A stretch of 64,000 bases of DNA from an uncultured Clostridia bacterium. Lineage in GTDB: Bacteria > Bacillota > Clostridia > UBA1381. Each line of letters begins with the position of its first letter. Within the stretch, counting starts at the first letter, position 1. The DNA is taken from NCBI GenBank assembly GCA_934454035.1, contig CAKSFY010000001.1, positions 69,483 to 133,482 of the forward strand. The letters run 5' to 3'. The notes beneath the pieces were generated by a model that made no database searches, was not told where the DNA came from, and saw only the letters and a list, made by a program, of their open reading frames with translations. This document shows positions 18,827 through 29,195 of the stretch, one piece after another. The position numbers and the translations under genes were made by a program.

Positions 18827-20387
18827 TTTGAACAAGCCTTTCCGCACATTCTATTCCGTCAACAGCTGCCGACATAATTCCGCCGGCATAGCCTGCTCCC
18901 TCTCCGCACGGATAAATGCCGCGTATGTTCGACTGATAGGAACCGTCTCTTAAAATGCGCACCGGGGACGAGCTGCGCGTTTCCGGTGCGGTAAGAACCG
19001 CGTCATACATGGCAAAGCCATGTATTTTTTTATCAAATATTTTTATTGCCTGTCTCATGGAATCGCATACAAAATCCGGCAGACAGGAACTTATATCCCC
19101 CCATTTTACGCCCGGCAAATATGTCGGTTCAACCGTTCCTGCACATACTGACGCTTTCTCGGCAAGAAAATCACCGACAAGCTGCGATGGTGCAAAATAG
19201 TTTTTACCGCCGTATATATATGCCGCCCGTTCGGTCCTTTCCTGAAATTCAATGCCGGAGAGAGGATCTGTTCCGAAATCCTGCGGATTAATGCCGACCA
19301 GGAGTGCAGAGTTTGCATTTTTTCCGTCTCTTTTACGATAACTCATACCGTTGGTTACCACTCCGCCGGTTTCGGACGCTGCCGCTGTCACCTCACCGCC
19401 GGGGCACATGCAGAATGTGTATACTCCGCGCCCGTTCGGAAGATGTGCCGACAGCTTATAATCGGCAGCACCTAAAAATTTTGCAAATTCGCCGTATTGG
19501 CTTTCATTTATAATTTTCTGCGGATGTTCGATTCTTGCACCAATTGAAAACGGCTTTGCTATCATATTAACTCCGCTTTTGTAAAGGCTGCGGACGGTAT
19601 CGCGTGCACTATGACCTGCCGCTATAATTACCCGTCCTGCACTTTGCTCGCCGTGCGGCGTTAAAATGCCCGAAACCTCACCGTTTTTTACTATAATTCC
19701 CGACACGCAGCAATTAAAATATATTTCTCCGCCGCATTTTTCAATATATCGGCGCATATTGACTATAACCGTTCTCAAAATATCTGTGCCTATATGCGGC
19801 TTGGCGGCATATAAAATATCTTCCGGCGCACCGAATTTAACAAAATATTCCAAAACAGTTCTGCATCTGATATTTTTTATTCCGGTTGTCAGTTTGCCGT
19901 CCGAAAAAGTGCCTGCACCGCCCTCCCCGAACTGGATATTGGAATTCGGGTTCAGTATACCGAGCTTTTTGAAAGCTTCAATGCTCTTTATTCTGTTCTC
20001 AACCGATTCGCCGCGTTCAAATATGATAGGTTTGTGACCGTTTTCCGCAAGCATGAGTGCTGCAAAAAGCCCTGCCGGTCCGCTGCCGATAATAACAGGT
20101 CTGTCATCTTTTTTAGCACCTGCAGGAAAATGATAATGTTCATCTTTTACCGGCACGACATTTTTCATGTTGATATATTTGTCCTCATCAGCCGATTCAA
20201 TATCAATGCTGCAAAGATAATGCACATCATTTTTATGACGTGCATCAACCGATTTTTTTCGGAAATGCCATTTTTTTATATTTTTTATTCCTGTCTTTTT
20301 AATAATCAGCTCATCCGTTATTTCATCTGTAAGCTCTATACGCACATTGCTTATTCTTATCAAGACATTCCCATTCCTTTCAAACAT
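18819..20387 (-). CDS. FAD-dependent oxidoreductase, COG2509-type
   Basis: It has the dinucleotide-binding motif VIIGSGPAGLFAAL and the C-terminal motif YPCGEGAGYAGGI. An alternative TTG start lies at 20363. Confidence 0.7.
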   Translation of the reverse strand: MFERNGNVLIRISNVRIELTDEITDELIIKKTGIKNIKKWHFRKKSVDARHKNDVHYLCSIDIESADEDKYINMKNVVPVKDEHYHFPAGAKKDDRPVIIGSGPAGLFAALMLAENGHKPIIFERGESVENRIKSIEAFKKLGILNPNSNIQFGEGGAGTFSDGKLTTGIKNIRCRTVLEYFVKFGAPEDILYAAKPHIGTDILRTVIVNMRRYIEKCGGEIYFNCCVSGIIVKNGEVSGILTPHGEQSAGRVIIAAGHSARDTVRSLYKSGVNMIAKPFSIGARIEHPQKIINESQYGEFAKFLGAADYKLSAHLPNGRGVYTFCMCPGGEVTAAASETGGVVTNGMSYRKRDGKNANSALLVGINPQDFGTDPLSGIEFQERTERAAYIYGGKNYFAPSQLVGDFLAEKASVCAGTVEPTYLPGVKWGDISSCLPDFVCDSMRQAIKIFDKKIHGFAMYDAVLTAPETRSSSPVRILRDGSYQSNIRGIYPCGEGAGYAGGIMSAAVDGIECAERLVQND

Positions 20388-21579
20388 TCATGCCGGCAAT
20401 ATATCCGCTTGACCATGCCCATTGCAGATTATATCCGCCGCAATCGCCGTCTATATCCAATATTTCTCCGGCAAAATACAGACCCTTTACTTTTTTGGAC
20501 TCAAGCGTTGTAGGATTAACCTCCGCGGTATCCACTCCGCCTGCCGTAACCTGGGCATTATTCCACGGCATAGTGCCCTCTGCCGCAAAGCTCCATGCTT
20601 TTATTTTTTCGGCAATTATGTCAATCTCTTTTCCTGAAAGACCCGTACTCATTCTTGAAAGCGGCGCGATACCGCAGGCTTTTAAAAGCACCTGTCCCAG
20701 TTTTTTGGGAAGCATTCCTATAAGATAATTTTCCAAAGGCTTTTGCGGATTGCTGCGTTTTTTCAGCATTGCAGCAACTTCTTCCTTTGAAAATTCCGGC
20801 ATCAAATCAAGTCTTATTTCTCCGCCGTTTCCTTCCGATACAAGCCTTGAAAGATTAAAAATCGGAGGTCCGGAAAGTCCGTAATCGGTAAATAATATTT
20901 CGCCGTCTGATACTTTCTTCCTTTTGCCGTCCTTGTAAAACGCAGCCGAACCGTTTATTTTAAGTCCCTGCAGCGCTTTTGTATATCTATTATCGGTCTT
21001 TATCTGAACAAGAGACGGGAACAGTCTTGTAATTCTGTGACCCAGGCTTTTTGCAAGCTCATAACCGCTGCCGTTCGATCCCAAAGACGGCGATGCCTTT
21101 CCGCCGGCGGCAAGAATAATCTTATCTGCCTTTGTCTCCCTGCCGGAATAAGACGTAATCAAAAATCCGTCGCCCGATTTCTTTATTTTTGATACTTCAA
21201 AACCGCAAACCGTATTTACTCCCAGTCGCTGTGCCTCAAATCGCAGCACATCCGAAACGGCAGCCGCCTGATACGAAAACGGAAAAATTTTTCCGTTTTC
21301 TTCAATTTTCGGAACAATTCCAAGCCTTTCAAAAAAATCCAGGGTTTCATCCACCCAAAACTTATGCATTACTCCGCTTATGAATTTCGGATTTGCTCCG
21401 TGATAATTATTTACATCGGCATTAATATTGCTCATATTGCATCTGCCGTTTCCTGTTGCCAGAATCTTCTTTGCAGCTTTGTCACACCGCTCGTAAATTG
21501 TAACCGAAAGACCTCTTTCGGCAGCTGCAATCGCAGCAGTATAGCCTGCCGCGCCACCGCCTATTATCGCAATTTTCAT
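20380..21579 (-). CDS. NAD(P)/FAD-dependent oxidoreductase, HI0933/YhiN (BaiN-like) family
   Basis: The N-terminus is MKIAIIGGGAAGYTAAIAAAERG. Motifs GNGRCN and the C-terminal YFAGEILDIDGDCGGYNLQWAWSSG are typical of the HI0933-like family. Confidence 0.8.
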   Translation of the reverse strand: MKIAIIGGGAAGYTAAIAAAERGLSVTIYERCDKAAKKILATGNGRCNMSNINADVNNYHGANPKFISGVMHKFWVDETLDFFERLGIVPKIEENGKIFPFSYQAAAVSDVLRFEAQRLGVNTVCGFEVSKIKKSGDGFLITSYSGRETKADKIILAAGGKASPSLGSNGSGYELAKSLGHRITRLFPSLVQIKTDNRYTKALQGLKINGSAAFYKDGKRKKVSDGEILFTDYGLSGPPIFNLSRLVSEGNGGEIRLDLMPEFSKEEVAAMLKKRSNPQKPLENYLIGMLPKKLGQVLLKACGIAPLSRMSTGLSGKEIDIIAEKIKAWSFAAEGTMPWNNAQVTAGGVDTAEVNPTTLESKKVKGLYFAGEILDIDGDCGGYNLQWAWSSGYIAGMNV

Positions 21580-22715
21580 TTGTTCTGCTCCCGTTTTTTC
21601 TCCAGATTTTCAATTATTTCGGAAATAATCATTCTTACCACCATCATAACCGGGACGGACAGGAGCATACCTCCGACTCCGAAAAGTCCTCCGCCCAGAG
21701 TAACCGCAAATATAATCCACAAAGGACGCACCTCAAGCTTGTTGCCCATAATTTTCGGACCTATGAAATTGCCGTCCACCTGCCCGAGGACAAAAAGCGA
21801 AGCCGCAACCCAGACCGCTTTCATTATTCCGCCGCTGAAAATCGTAATAATTACCGTCAGACAGTTTGAAATAATAGCTCCGAAATACGGAATAAGGTTG
21901 CAAAAACCGATAAACGTACCGAAAATTATGGAATATTTCACTCCCAAGAGCGAGAGAATTATCGTTGCAAGCACCGCCACCAGGCACGCGTCAAGCACGC
22001 AGCTGTATATATAATCGGAAAAAATTTTGTTGGTTCTTGATAAGAATCTTTTAACCGCTTCTTCTTTATTGTCCGGTGTAACAAGCGACAAAAATCTGTT
22101 AAAACCTTTGATCAGTCTTTCTTTATCTGTCAGCATATAAACGGAAATAATAAGCGCAATAAACACATTAAACAGTCCTGAGGTAAAGCTGACCGCACCC
22201 TTTGCATACTTTCCGAACTCGCCCACATTGAAACTGTTTAAAATATTTTGCAATGCATTTTTTGCAGTGTCTCCGTTTATTTCTATAAATGTAATTCCCA
22301 CCTTTTCCTGAAAAGCTTCCAGTTCGGCAAGCGCATTTTGCGTAAACGGAATTATATTATTGTAAAAATCGACTATATTGCTGTACAGATTAGGAATAAC
22401 CGTCCGAATCAATATGGCTATCACCAAAAGAAAAAGTACATAAACGCTTACTATGCTGAGAGTTTTGCTCTTTTCTCTTATAAATCTGAGTCTTGATTTT
22501 TCATAAAATGCTTTCAGCTTTTTGCTCGGCAAATTCAGTATGTATGCTATTACCGCTCCGATTATAAACGGAGTCAATGCCGAAAAAATATCGCCGATAA
22601 ATGCAAGTACATGCTGGAAATTATCAAAAGTTTTATAAACCGCGATAAGAGCCGCGCCGAATACAAATGCGATAATCCATTTCATATATTGCTGATAATT
22701 TTTCATATCCTTCAT
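21576..22715 (-). CDS. AI-2E family transporter (PerM/YtvI-like permease)
   Basis: The product is 379 aa with about 8 TM segments. It has the conserved C-terminal block NLIPYFGAII...GQVDGNFIGPKIMG. Its stop overlaps the next start (ATGA). Confidence 0.8.
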   Translation of the reverse strand: MKDMKNYQQYMKWIIAFVFGAALIAVYKTFDNFQHVLAFIGDIFSALTPFIIGAVIAYILNLPSKKLKAFYEKSRLRFIREKSKTLSIVSVYVLFLLVIAILIRTVIPNLYSNIVDFYNNIIPFTQNALAELEAFQEKVGITFIEINGDTAKNALQNILNSFNVGEFGKYAKGAVSFTSGLFNVFIALIISVYMLTDKERLIKGFNRFLSLVTPDNKEEAVKRFLSRTNKIFSDYIYSCVLDACLVAVLATIILSLLGVKYSIIFGTFIGFCNLIPYFGAIISNCLTVIITIFSGGIMKAVWVAASLFVLGQVDGNFIGPKIMGNKLEVRPLWIIFAVTLGGGLFGVGGMLLSVPVMMVVRMIISEIIENLEKKREQNK

Positions 22716-22740
22716 CCTTTAAAGCCGCGAGGCAAGTTTT

Positions 22741-22780
22741 TTTAAATCCGAAACCGCCGCACCCTTTTTCAGAGTGCGGC
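22741..22780 (-). terminator. Hairpin after the SLH protein gene
   Basis: On the minus strand, the stem GCCGCAC / GTGCGGC closes an 11-nt loop and is followed by GGUUUCGGAUUU. The U-tract is weak. Confidence 0.4.
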
Positions 22781-22804
22781 AGTTAAAATTTCCCGAAATT
22801 GATA

Positions 22805-24634
22805 TTATTTGTCCGTTTCTATAAGAATAAGACTTGCGACAAATGCGCCGTTGGTCATTGTTCCTCTCACGCTTACCACGTCGCCCTCCTTAATATCCTT
22901 TAGTGTCTTTGCGTCTCCTGCCGATGTAATAAACTTAGTTGTCGAATCCTTACAGTAGACAGTCTCTTCATATGTTGAATCTCCTGCTTTATAGCTTATT
23001 TTAATAAAGCCGTACGAAGAATTTATTGCAATAACCGTTCCCGATTTACTGTATGCAACGCTTGAAGCTGCCAGCGCGGTAATCTTCTTAACCGACTTGC
23101 TTTCCAAAAGCAGCGAAACGCGGTCGCCCACTCTGAAATCATAAAGCGAGCCTTCCTTTGAATTGATTATAATGCTCACATCGGATGTAACATCATATGT
23201 CATATCCGTATCCTTAACCGTCACGGTTATTTTCGGCGAATTTGATATTTCAATCGATTTTATTGTGCCCTCAACCGTTCTGGATACCGACTCGGCTTTA
23301 ATTTTTGTTATTACTCCGTACTCAAGCGTGAGTGTTGCGGTATCACCGACATATATCTCTGCCAGTGTAGCATCCATATCATTTTTTATAACCTTAACAT
23401 CCGAAGCAACCTTATAGGCTTTTCCGTTATATTCTTCCAAAGCATGGCTGATAGTAATTGTACCGTTGTCGATTATCGATACATTCTCTATAGTTGCTCT
23501 TGTGATTGTGCTTTCTTTAGGTTCGCCTGCAAGCTCAACTATTTCACCGTCCGAAATAACCGCCGTAACCGAATCGGATTTATTAAAGCTGCGGATTGTT
23601 GCGGAATCTCCGTTATAAGTCATTTTTACGTCTTTATTGAGTGCGAAGCTTTTATTTTCTCCATCAACCTTTATGCTGACCGAAACAATTCCGTTTGTGC
23701 TTGAAAATCCCTGGTACACACCGGTGATAGTTTCATCCGGAGTGGAATTTAATACGTCCACATAAACAAGCTCGTTATTTACATAGGTAAAGAGAGCATT
23801 TACACCCGACGGAATATTCTTTGCCTGAATAAGGTCTCCGTCCATGTAAAATCTCGTATCGCTGCTGTATCCCATCAAGCCCGGTTCTCCGTTTTCATCC
23901 GTGAATGAAACGTTTGAGCCGGTAACTCCGTCAAACCTGAGTTCCTCAACCGTCAGACCGATCATATCGACCGTTTTTGAAAGCATTACTGCAATCTGAC
24001 TTCTCAGCACGCCGGAATTCGGTGAAAATGTGCCGTCGCCCATTCCCGACATTATGTTATTCTTTGTAACGTAATATACATATTGGCTTGACTTTGCCGG
24101 AATCTTCTTTGCGTCGCTGTACTCCAAATCAATCATAATCTCCGAAGTAGCTTCCTTTTCCGCACACAAAGCCTTTGTTATTACAACTGCCGCCTCATGT
24201 CTCGGCATAGGCTCGTTTCTCAGATCCTCGGCAAGATAAGAATTAAGCTCGCTTTCTTTCAAAGCTCCTCTGTACAAAAGATATTCAATATCTTCATTGC
24301 CGAAACTGAGCTTATAGCCCTCGACAACAGACGCGTATTTTTCTTTCGCCGCGTCAAGTGCCTTTTTATTAATATCACTTCTTGAACCCATTGCTCTTGC
24401 AAAAAGTGAAAGAGCCTCAAGCCTTGTGATACTGTTATCCGGGCGGTATGTTCCGTCCTCATAGCCGCTTATGAAATTCCTGTCTGCCATATCTTCTATG
24501 TAGCCGACAGCCCACTCATACTTTTTATCCGATATATCGGAAAAAGACAGTTTTTCCTCAGCCATTGCCGGAACTGCCTGTACGCACGACAGGGACAGCA
24601 CCGTTACCGCAGCATATTTCAAAAATCTTCTCAT
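22805..24634 (-). CDS. Secreted cell-wall protein with three N-terminal SLH repeats and a long beta-rich C-terminal region
   Basis: A signal peptide (LSCVQAVPAMA) is followed by SLH motifs (FSDISDKKYEWAVGYIEDMADRNFISGYEDGTYRP...). I prefer the start at ATG 24634 on SD spacing. The track start at 24676 and ATG 24643 are alternatives. Confidence 0.8.
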   Translation of the reverse strand: MRRFLKYAAVTVLSLSCVQAVPAMAEEKLSFSDISDKKYEWAVGYIEDMADRNFISGYEDGTYRPDNSITRLEALSLFARAMGSRSDINKKALDAAKEKYASVVEGYKLSFGNEDIEYLLYRGALKESELNSYLAEDLRNEPMPRHEAAVVITKALCAEKEATSEIMIDLEYSDAKKIPAKSSQYVYYVTKNNIMSGMGDGTFSPNSGVLRSQIAVMLSKTVDMIGLTVEELRFDGVTGSNVSFTDENGEPGLMGYSSDTRFYMDGDLIQAKNIPSGVNALFTYVNNELVYVDVLNSTPDETITGVYQGFSSTNGIVSVSIKVDGENKSFALNKDVKMTYNGDSATIRSFNKSDSVTAVISDGEIVELAGEPKESTITRATIENVSIIDNGTITISHALEEYNGKAYKVASDVKVIKNDMDATLAEIYVGDTATLTLEYGVITKIKAESVSRTVEGTIKSIEISNSPKITVTVKDTDMTYDVTSDVSIIINSKEGSLYDFRVGDRVSLLLESKSVKKITALAASSVAYSKSGTVIAINSSYGFIKISYKAGDSTYEETVYCKDSTTKFITSAGDAKTLKDIKEGDVVSVRGTMTNGAFVASLILIETDK

Positions 24635-24778
24635 ATATTTCATTCCTTTCCTTTGCATTTTTTCACGCAGATACATTTGTATACTTTTATCATAGCATAT
24701 TTTGTGAAATATCGCAATATTTCTTTTTTATTTGTATTATTTTTGTAACATTCGTTAAAAAATTTTCAACATTTGCTT

Positions 24779-25507
24779 TTATTCCGGCTGCAATACTTTT
24801 GCAAAGTCATATTCAAAATTTTCATCATCATATGGCATAATCGCTTTAAAAAGTGTAAGACCGGCAACCTCTGCCGCGCCGCAGCCGCAAAGTGTATCCG
24901 CACACTCATGCATGGTCGCTCCCAGAGTATAGATATCGTCAATCAAAAGGATTTTCTTTCCCTCTGTCTTGGCACGGTCGGCTCTGAAAGCGCCCCTCAC
25001 ATTGCTGACTCTTGATTTTGCGTCGAGTCCGCTCTGCCTTTCGGTATGCCTTATCCGTCTCAGTGCATCGGCTGCATATGCCGTCCCCGTTTTTTCTGCA
25101 GCATATTCCGCCAAATATGCCGACTGGTTATATCCTCGTTCCCTCATTCTTTCTTCGGAAAGAGGTACCGGAACCATCAAATCAAAATCGCCGTCATGCC
25201 AAAAGCTCTCAAGACATTCGTATAAAATTTGCGAGAATACATCTTTATATGCCCATTCTCCGCAGAATTTATATCTTTTAAATGCCTTGCGCATCATACC
25301 CTTGTAGGGAAGAGCACAAATATGAAATTTTAAATTTTTTTCTCTTTTAAAAGCAGCCGGCGAGCTAAACTTTTCAGACTCTTCAAAGCAGCGTTCGCAC
25401 ACGCATAAGCCTCCGCTCTGCCAATGCACTCCGCTTTCGGGATAACGCTCTCTGCACAAAATACACAGCGGTTTATTTTTTGGGATAAAAATATCAAGCA
25501 GGCTCAT
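24779..25507 (-). CDS. comFC: ComF family protein (ComFC-like phosphoribosyltransferase with N-terminal zinc ribbon)
   Basis: It has CxxC...CxxC at the N-terminus and the PRTase motif ILLIDDIYTLGATM. Its start overlaps the ispE stop. Confidence 0.8.
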   Translation of the reverse strand: MSLLDIFIPKNKPLCILCRERYPESGVHWQSGGLCVCERCFEESEKFSSPAAFKREKNLKFHICALPYKGMMRKAFKRYKFCGEWAYKDVFSQILYECLESFWHDGDFDLMVPVPLSEERMRERGYNQSAYLAEYAAEKTGTAYAADALRRIRHTERQSGLDAKSRVSNVRGAFRADRAKTEGKKILLIDDIYTLGATMHECADTLCGCGAAEVAGLTLFKAIMPYDDENFEYDFAKVLQPE

Positions 25508-26376
25508 AGATTTTGCGTAAGAAATACATCCTTATAAAAATATGAAAAACTGTCGGCGGATTTTTTTGCCGTTTTATAATCGGAGAAAATGCCGAACACA
25601 GTTGAGCCGCTGCCGCTCATCATAGCTGCCTCCGCTCCGTTTTTTATAAGCTTTTCTTTTATTCCTCTTATAACCGGGCAATCCGCAGCCACAATCCGTT
25701 CCATCACATTAAACATTTTGTCCGCGTCATACGAATCGCCGTCAACCGAAGCCAGAAATTCAGCCGTTGCAGGATGATTGTATTTCGGTTCGGCATCTAT
25801 TCTCTCATAAATATCTGCCGTAGATATGCCTACCGGCGGTTTTACAAGCAGAATATGTCTTTTCGGAAAACTTTTTAACGGAGTCAGCACATCGCCTATA
25901 CCGCCGCACAAAACCGTTCCGCCCATAAGGCAAAAGGGCACGTCCGCGCCGAGACGGGCACCGAGCTTTAAAAGCTCGTCATCCTTAAGCGGTTTTGCAA
26001 AAAGCATATTCAGCGCCGCCAGAACCGCCGCCGCGTTTCCGCTTCCGCCGGCAAGTCCTGCCGATACGGGAATGTTTTTATGAATAAAAATTTTTGCGCC
26101 TTTTTTTATTCCGGTATGTTCAAAAAATACTTTCGCCGCCTTATATGCTATATTTTTTTCATTCGTCGGCAGAAATTTCACATTTGTGGTTATCGATATT
26201 TCCCCGTTCGTTATATCGGTTATAACCAAATCAAAAAGTCCCGTTGTCTGCATAACGGTCTCTATTTCATGATACCCGTTTTCCATGCGCCCGAGCACAT
26301 CAAGAGTCAGATTGATTTTGGCATAAGATTTTGAAATTGCTCTTTTTCCCGACACAACAACCTCATCCGTAAGTTT
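25504..26376 (-). CDS. ispE: 4-diphosphocytidyl-2-C-methyl-D-erythritol kinase
   Basis: It carries KINLTLDV and the GHMP kinase motif PVSAGLAGGSGNAAAVL. The start was moved to ATG 26376 (MKLTDE). Confidence 0.9.
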   Translation of the reverse strand, partial: KLTDEVVVSGKRAISKSYAKINLTLDVLGRMENGYHEIETVMQTTGLFDLVITDITNGEISITTNVKFLPTNEKNIAYKAAKVFFEHTGIKKGAKIFIHKNIPVSAGLAGGSGNAAAVLAALNMLFAKPLKDDELLKLGARLGADVPFCLMGGTVLCGGIGDVLTPLKSFPKRHILLVKPPVGISTADIYERIDAEPKYNHPATAEFLASVDGDSYDADKMFNVMERIVAADCPVIRGIKEKLIKNGAEAAMMSGSGSTVFGIFSDYKTAKKSADSFSYFYKDVFLTQNL

Positions 26377-26411
26377 CATTATAAGATTTTTCCCCTTTCG
26401 CAAAAAGAATA

Positions 26412-27221
26412 TCAGGTTCTGCTCAGCAATTCATGCGACATATCAACTGTTTTTTTGATTACCTCGTCAGTGACGGTGTCTTCACATCTTTGTTTTTTAA
26501 GATAAATCAGATATTCTATATTTCCCTCAGGTCCCTTTATCGGCGAATAGGACAGTCCTGCAGGATAAAATCCGATTTCACGGGCAAAGTCCGCAATCTT
26601 TTTAACCACCTCATAATGCACCTTTATATCGCGCACAACACCTTTTTTTCCGACCTGTTCCCTGCCTGCTTCAAACTGCGGTTTGATAAGCGCTATCAGC
26701 TCGCCGTCCTCCGCCAAAAGCTCCTTTGCAACGGGAAGTACAAGGCAAAGTGATATAAAAGACACATCTATCGAAGCAAAGTCAATAGCCTCACCTATCT
26801 GCTCCCTTGTGACATATCTTATATTGGTACGCTCCATATTAACAACGCGTTCATCGTTTCTCAGTTTCCACGCAAACTGACCGTAGCCGACATCGACCGC
26901 AAAAACTTTCTTCGCTCCGTTTTGAAGCATACAATCGGTAAATCCGCCGGTTGACGCGCCTATATCCATTGCAGTCCTGCCCTCAAGAACAATCGGAAAT
27001 TCGTTCATTGCCTTTTCAAGCTTTAATCCGCCGCGGCTTACATACTTAAGCGTATCGCCTCTGATTTGAGCTTTTGTTGTTTCGGGATTTACAAGCATGC
27101 CTGCCTTGTCGCATTTTTGATTGTCAATATAGACCTCGCCCGCCATAATCATAGCGCGCGCTTTTTCTCTGCTCGGAGCAAGCTTTTGCTCGGTCAGAAA
27201 CACATCCAGTCTTATTTTCAT
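26412..27221 (-). CDS. tlyA: TlyA family rRNA (cytidine-2'-O)-methyltransferase
   Basis: An N-terminal S4 domain (RLDVFL) is followed by the SAM-binding motif DIGASTGGFTDC. The product is 269 aa. Confidence 0.9.
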   Translation of the reverse strand: MKIRLDVFLTEQKLAPSREKARAMIMAGEVYIDNQKCDKAGMLVNPETTKAQIRGDTLKYVSRGGLKLEKAMNEFPIVLEGRTAMDIGASTGGFTDCMLQNGAKKVFAVDVGYGQFAWKLRNDERVVNMERTNIRYVTREQIGEAIDFASIDVSFISLCLVLPVAKELLAEDGELIALIKPQFEAGREQVGKKGVVRDIKVHYEVVKKIADFAREIGFYPAGLSYSPIKGPEGNIEYLIYLKKQRCEDTVTDEVIKKTVDMSHELLSRT

Positions 27222-29068
27222 TTATTTATCTCCCTTAAACACTTTTTTGCAATATCCTCCGCATCAAGTCCGCAAAGCTCGTCAAGCTCCGTACATTTTC
27301 CGTGAGTAATCGGTTTTCTCGGGAATGCAAACTTTATCAGTCTTGCCGGATTCTTAATACTGCCTGCAATTATATCCGCAATTCCGCCGACCTCAGTATG
27401 ATCTTCAATCACTGCGCAAAGTCCTGTTTTTTCAAGTGACGCACCGAGTGTATCCGTATCCGGCGGCATAACGGTTGAAAGCTCGATAAGCTCCGGTGAG
27501 ATATTGTTCTCTTTCAAAAGCCTGCACACTTTGTCGGCTGTAATCATCATTCTGCCGGAGGAAACGACAGTAATATCCGAACCGCGTTCAATAACCTTTG
27601 CCTTTGCAAATTCAAATTTCGGTGCTTTCTCATACTCTGCGCTGCCCCTCGGATATCTTATTGCTATCGGACCGTTATGATGCAGCACGGCATAGGTCAG
27701 CATTTGTTCAAGCTCATCAAAGCTTGACGGAGACAGCACTGTCATATTCGGCATATGCGAAAGATATGCAATATCGTAAAGTCCGTGATGCGTCTCACCG
27801 TCCGCTCCGACAATTCCGGCACGGTCTATGCAAAATACCACATGCAGATTTTGCAGACAGACATCGTGCAGAATCTGGTCGTAAGCGCGCTGAGCAAACG
27901 ACGAATAAAGCGCCACTACCGGCGTATACCCCGAAATTGCCATTCCTGCGGCGAATGTAACTGCATGCTGCTCGGCTATGCCGACATCAAAAAATCTGTT
28001 TTTATAAATTTCGGCAAAATCACCCAAGCCGGTTCCTATCGGCATTGCAGCCGTAATAGCGACAACCTTTTTATGTTTTTCGGCAATTTCGCACAGTTTA
28101 TTTCCGAAAACCTGCGAATAATCAAGCGTAGCAGGCTTTATTACATTTTCGGAATCGGCATCAAAGTTGGAAACGCCGTGAAAATACTGCGGATTCTGTT
28201 CGGCAGGCGCATACCCTTTTCCTTTTTTTGTATGAATGTGCAAAAGAATCGGCTTTTGCGATTCCTTGGCTATCGTAAGCGCATTGCAAAGCGCATTTAT
28301 GTTGTGTCCGTCCACAGGACCTATATATTCAAACCCCAAATCGTCAAATATTGTCGGCGGCACAACCATATTGCGTACAATTCTTTTTGCATGTCTTATA
28401 AATGCCGCCAAAGCATTGCCGCATAGCGGAATCTTCGACAAGAATTTTTCGGTACGTTTTTTTGATTTATAATACCCCGGTTTTGACCGCAGATTTCTTA
28501 AATATTTGGATATCGCTCCCACATTTTTGGATATTGACATGGCGTTATCGTTAAGTATAAGGATAAGACCGGTATTTTTATGACCTGCGTCATTAAGAGC
28601 CTCATAAAGCATACCTCCTGTCAGTGCACCGTCGCCGAACACCGCAATTACCTTTTCGTCTCCGCCCGACAAATCACGTGCTCTTGCCATTCCGAGCGCG
28701 GCTGAAACGGAGGTTGAGCTGTGACCTGTGTTAAAGCAATCATACTCACTTTCCGACGTCTTTGGAAAACCGCTCATTCCGCCGAACTTGCGCAGAGTCT
28801 TAAAGCCGTCTTTTCTGCCGCTTAAAATTTTATGTACATAAGACTGGTGCCCCACATCCCAAACAAGCTTGTCCTTCGGGAAATCAAAAACCTTATAAAG
28901 AGCTATCGTAAGCTCTACCACTCCCAAATTCGACGCTAAGTGTCCGCCTGTTTCGGCAACGCTTCTTATCAGAAATTCTCTTATTTCCGCAGCAAGCTGC
29001 CTGCATTCGGCAGCGGACAGATTCTTGACATCGTGCCCTATATTTGTATCGTCTAAATAATTCGACAT
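27218..29068 (-). CDS. dxs: 1-deoxy-D-xylulose-5-phosphate synthase
   Basis: It has GGHLASNLGVVELT, WDVGHQSY and the TPP motif GDGALTGGM. The product is 616 aa. Confidence 0.95.
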   Translation of the reverse strand: MSNYLDDTNIGHDVKNLSAAECRQLAAEIREFLIRSVAETGGHLASNLGVVELTIALYKVFDFPKDKLVWDVGHQSYVHKILSGRKDGFKTLRKFGGMSGFPKTSESEYDCFNTGHSSTSVSAALGMARARDLSGGDEKVIAVFGDGALTGGMLYEALNDAGHKNTGLILILNDNAMSISKNVGAISKYLRNLRSKPGYYKSKKRTEKFLSKIPLCGNALAAFIRHAKRIVRNMVVPPTIFDDLGFEYIGPVDGHNINALCNALTIAKESQKPILLHIHTKKGKGYAPAEQNPQYFHGVSNFDADSENVIKPATLDYSQVFGNKLCEIAEKHKKVVAITAAMPIGTGLGDFAEIYKNRFFDVGIAEQHAVTFAAGMAISGYTPVVALYSSFAQRAYDQILHDVCLQNLHVVFCIDRAGIVGADGETHHGLYDIAYLSHMPNMTVLSPSSFDELEQMLTYAVLHHNGPIAIRYPRGSAEYEKAPKFEFAKAKVIERGSDITVVSSGRMMITADKVCRLLKENNISPELIELSTVMPPDTDTLGASLEKTGLCAVIEDHTEVGGIADIIAGSIKNPARLIKFAFPRKPITHGKCTELDELCGLDAEDIAKKCLREINK

Positions 29069-29101
29069 CTCTATTACCCTCTGAAATAATTTATCATACT
29101 A

Positions 29102-29130
29102 ATTATATCATGCTTTATTCTCTTTGTAAA
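29102..29130 (-). promoter_or_regulatory. Sigma-A type promoter of the dxs-tlyA-ispE-comFC unit
   Basis: On the minus strand it reads TTTACA (29130-29125), a 17-nt spacer, then TATAAT (29107-29102). It lies about 34 nt upstream of the dxs ATG. Confidence 0.5.
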
Positions 29131-29153
29131 GACAAATAATACTCAAATTTAAC

Positions 29154-29189
29154 AAAAAAATCACTTCAGAAGCTTGCTCCCGAAGTGAT
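29154..29189 (-). terminator. Intrinsic terminator of pnuC
   Basis: On the minus strand, the stem AUCACUUC / GAAGUGAU closes a 14-nt loop and is followed by U7. Confidence 0.75.
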
Positions 29190-29195
29190 TTTTTA

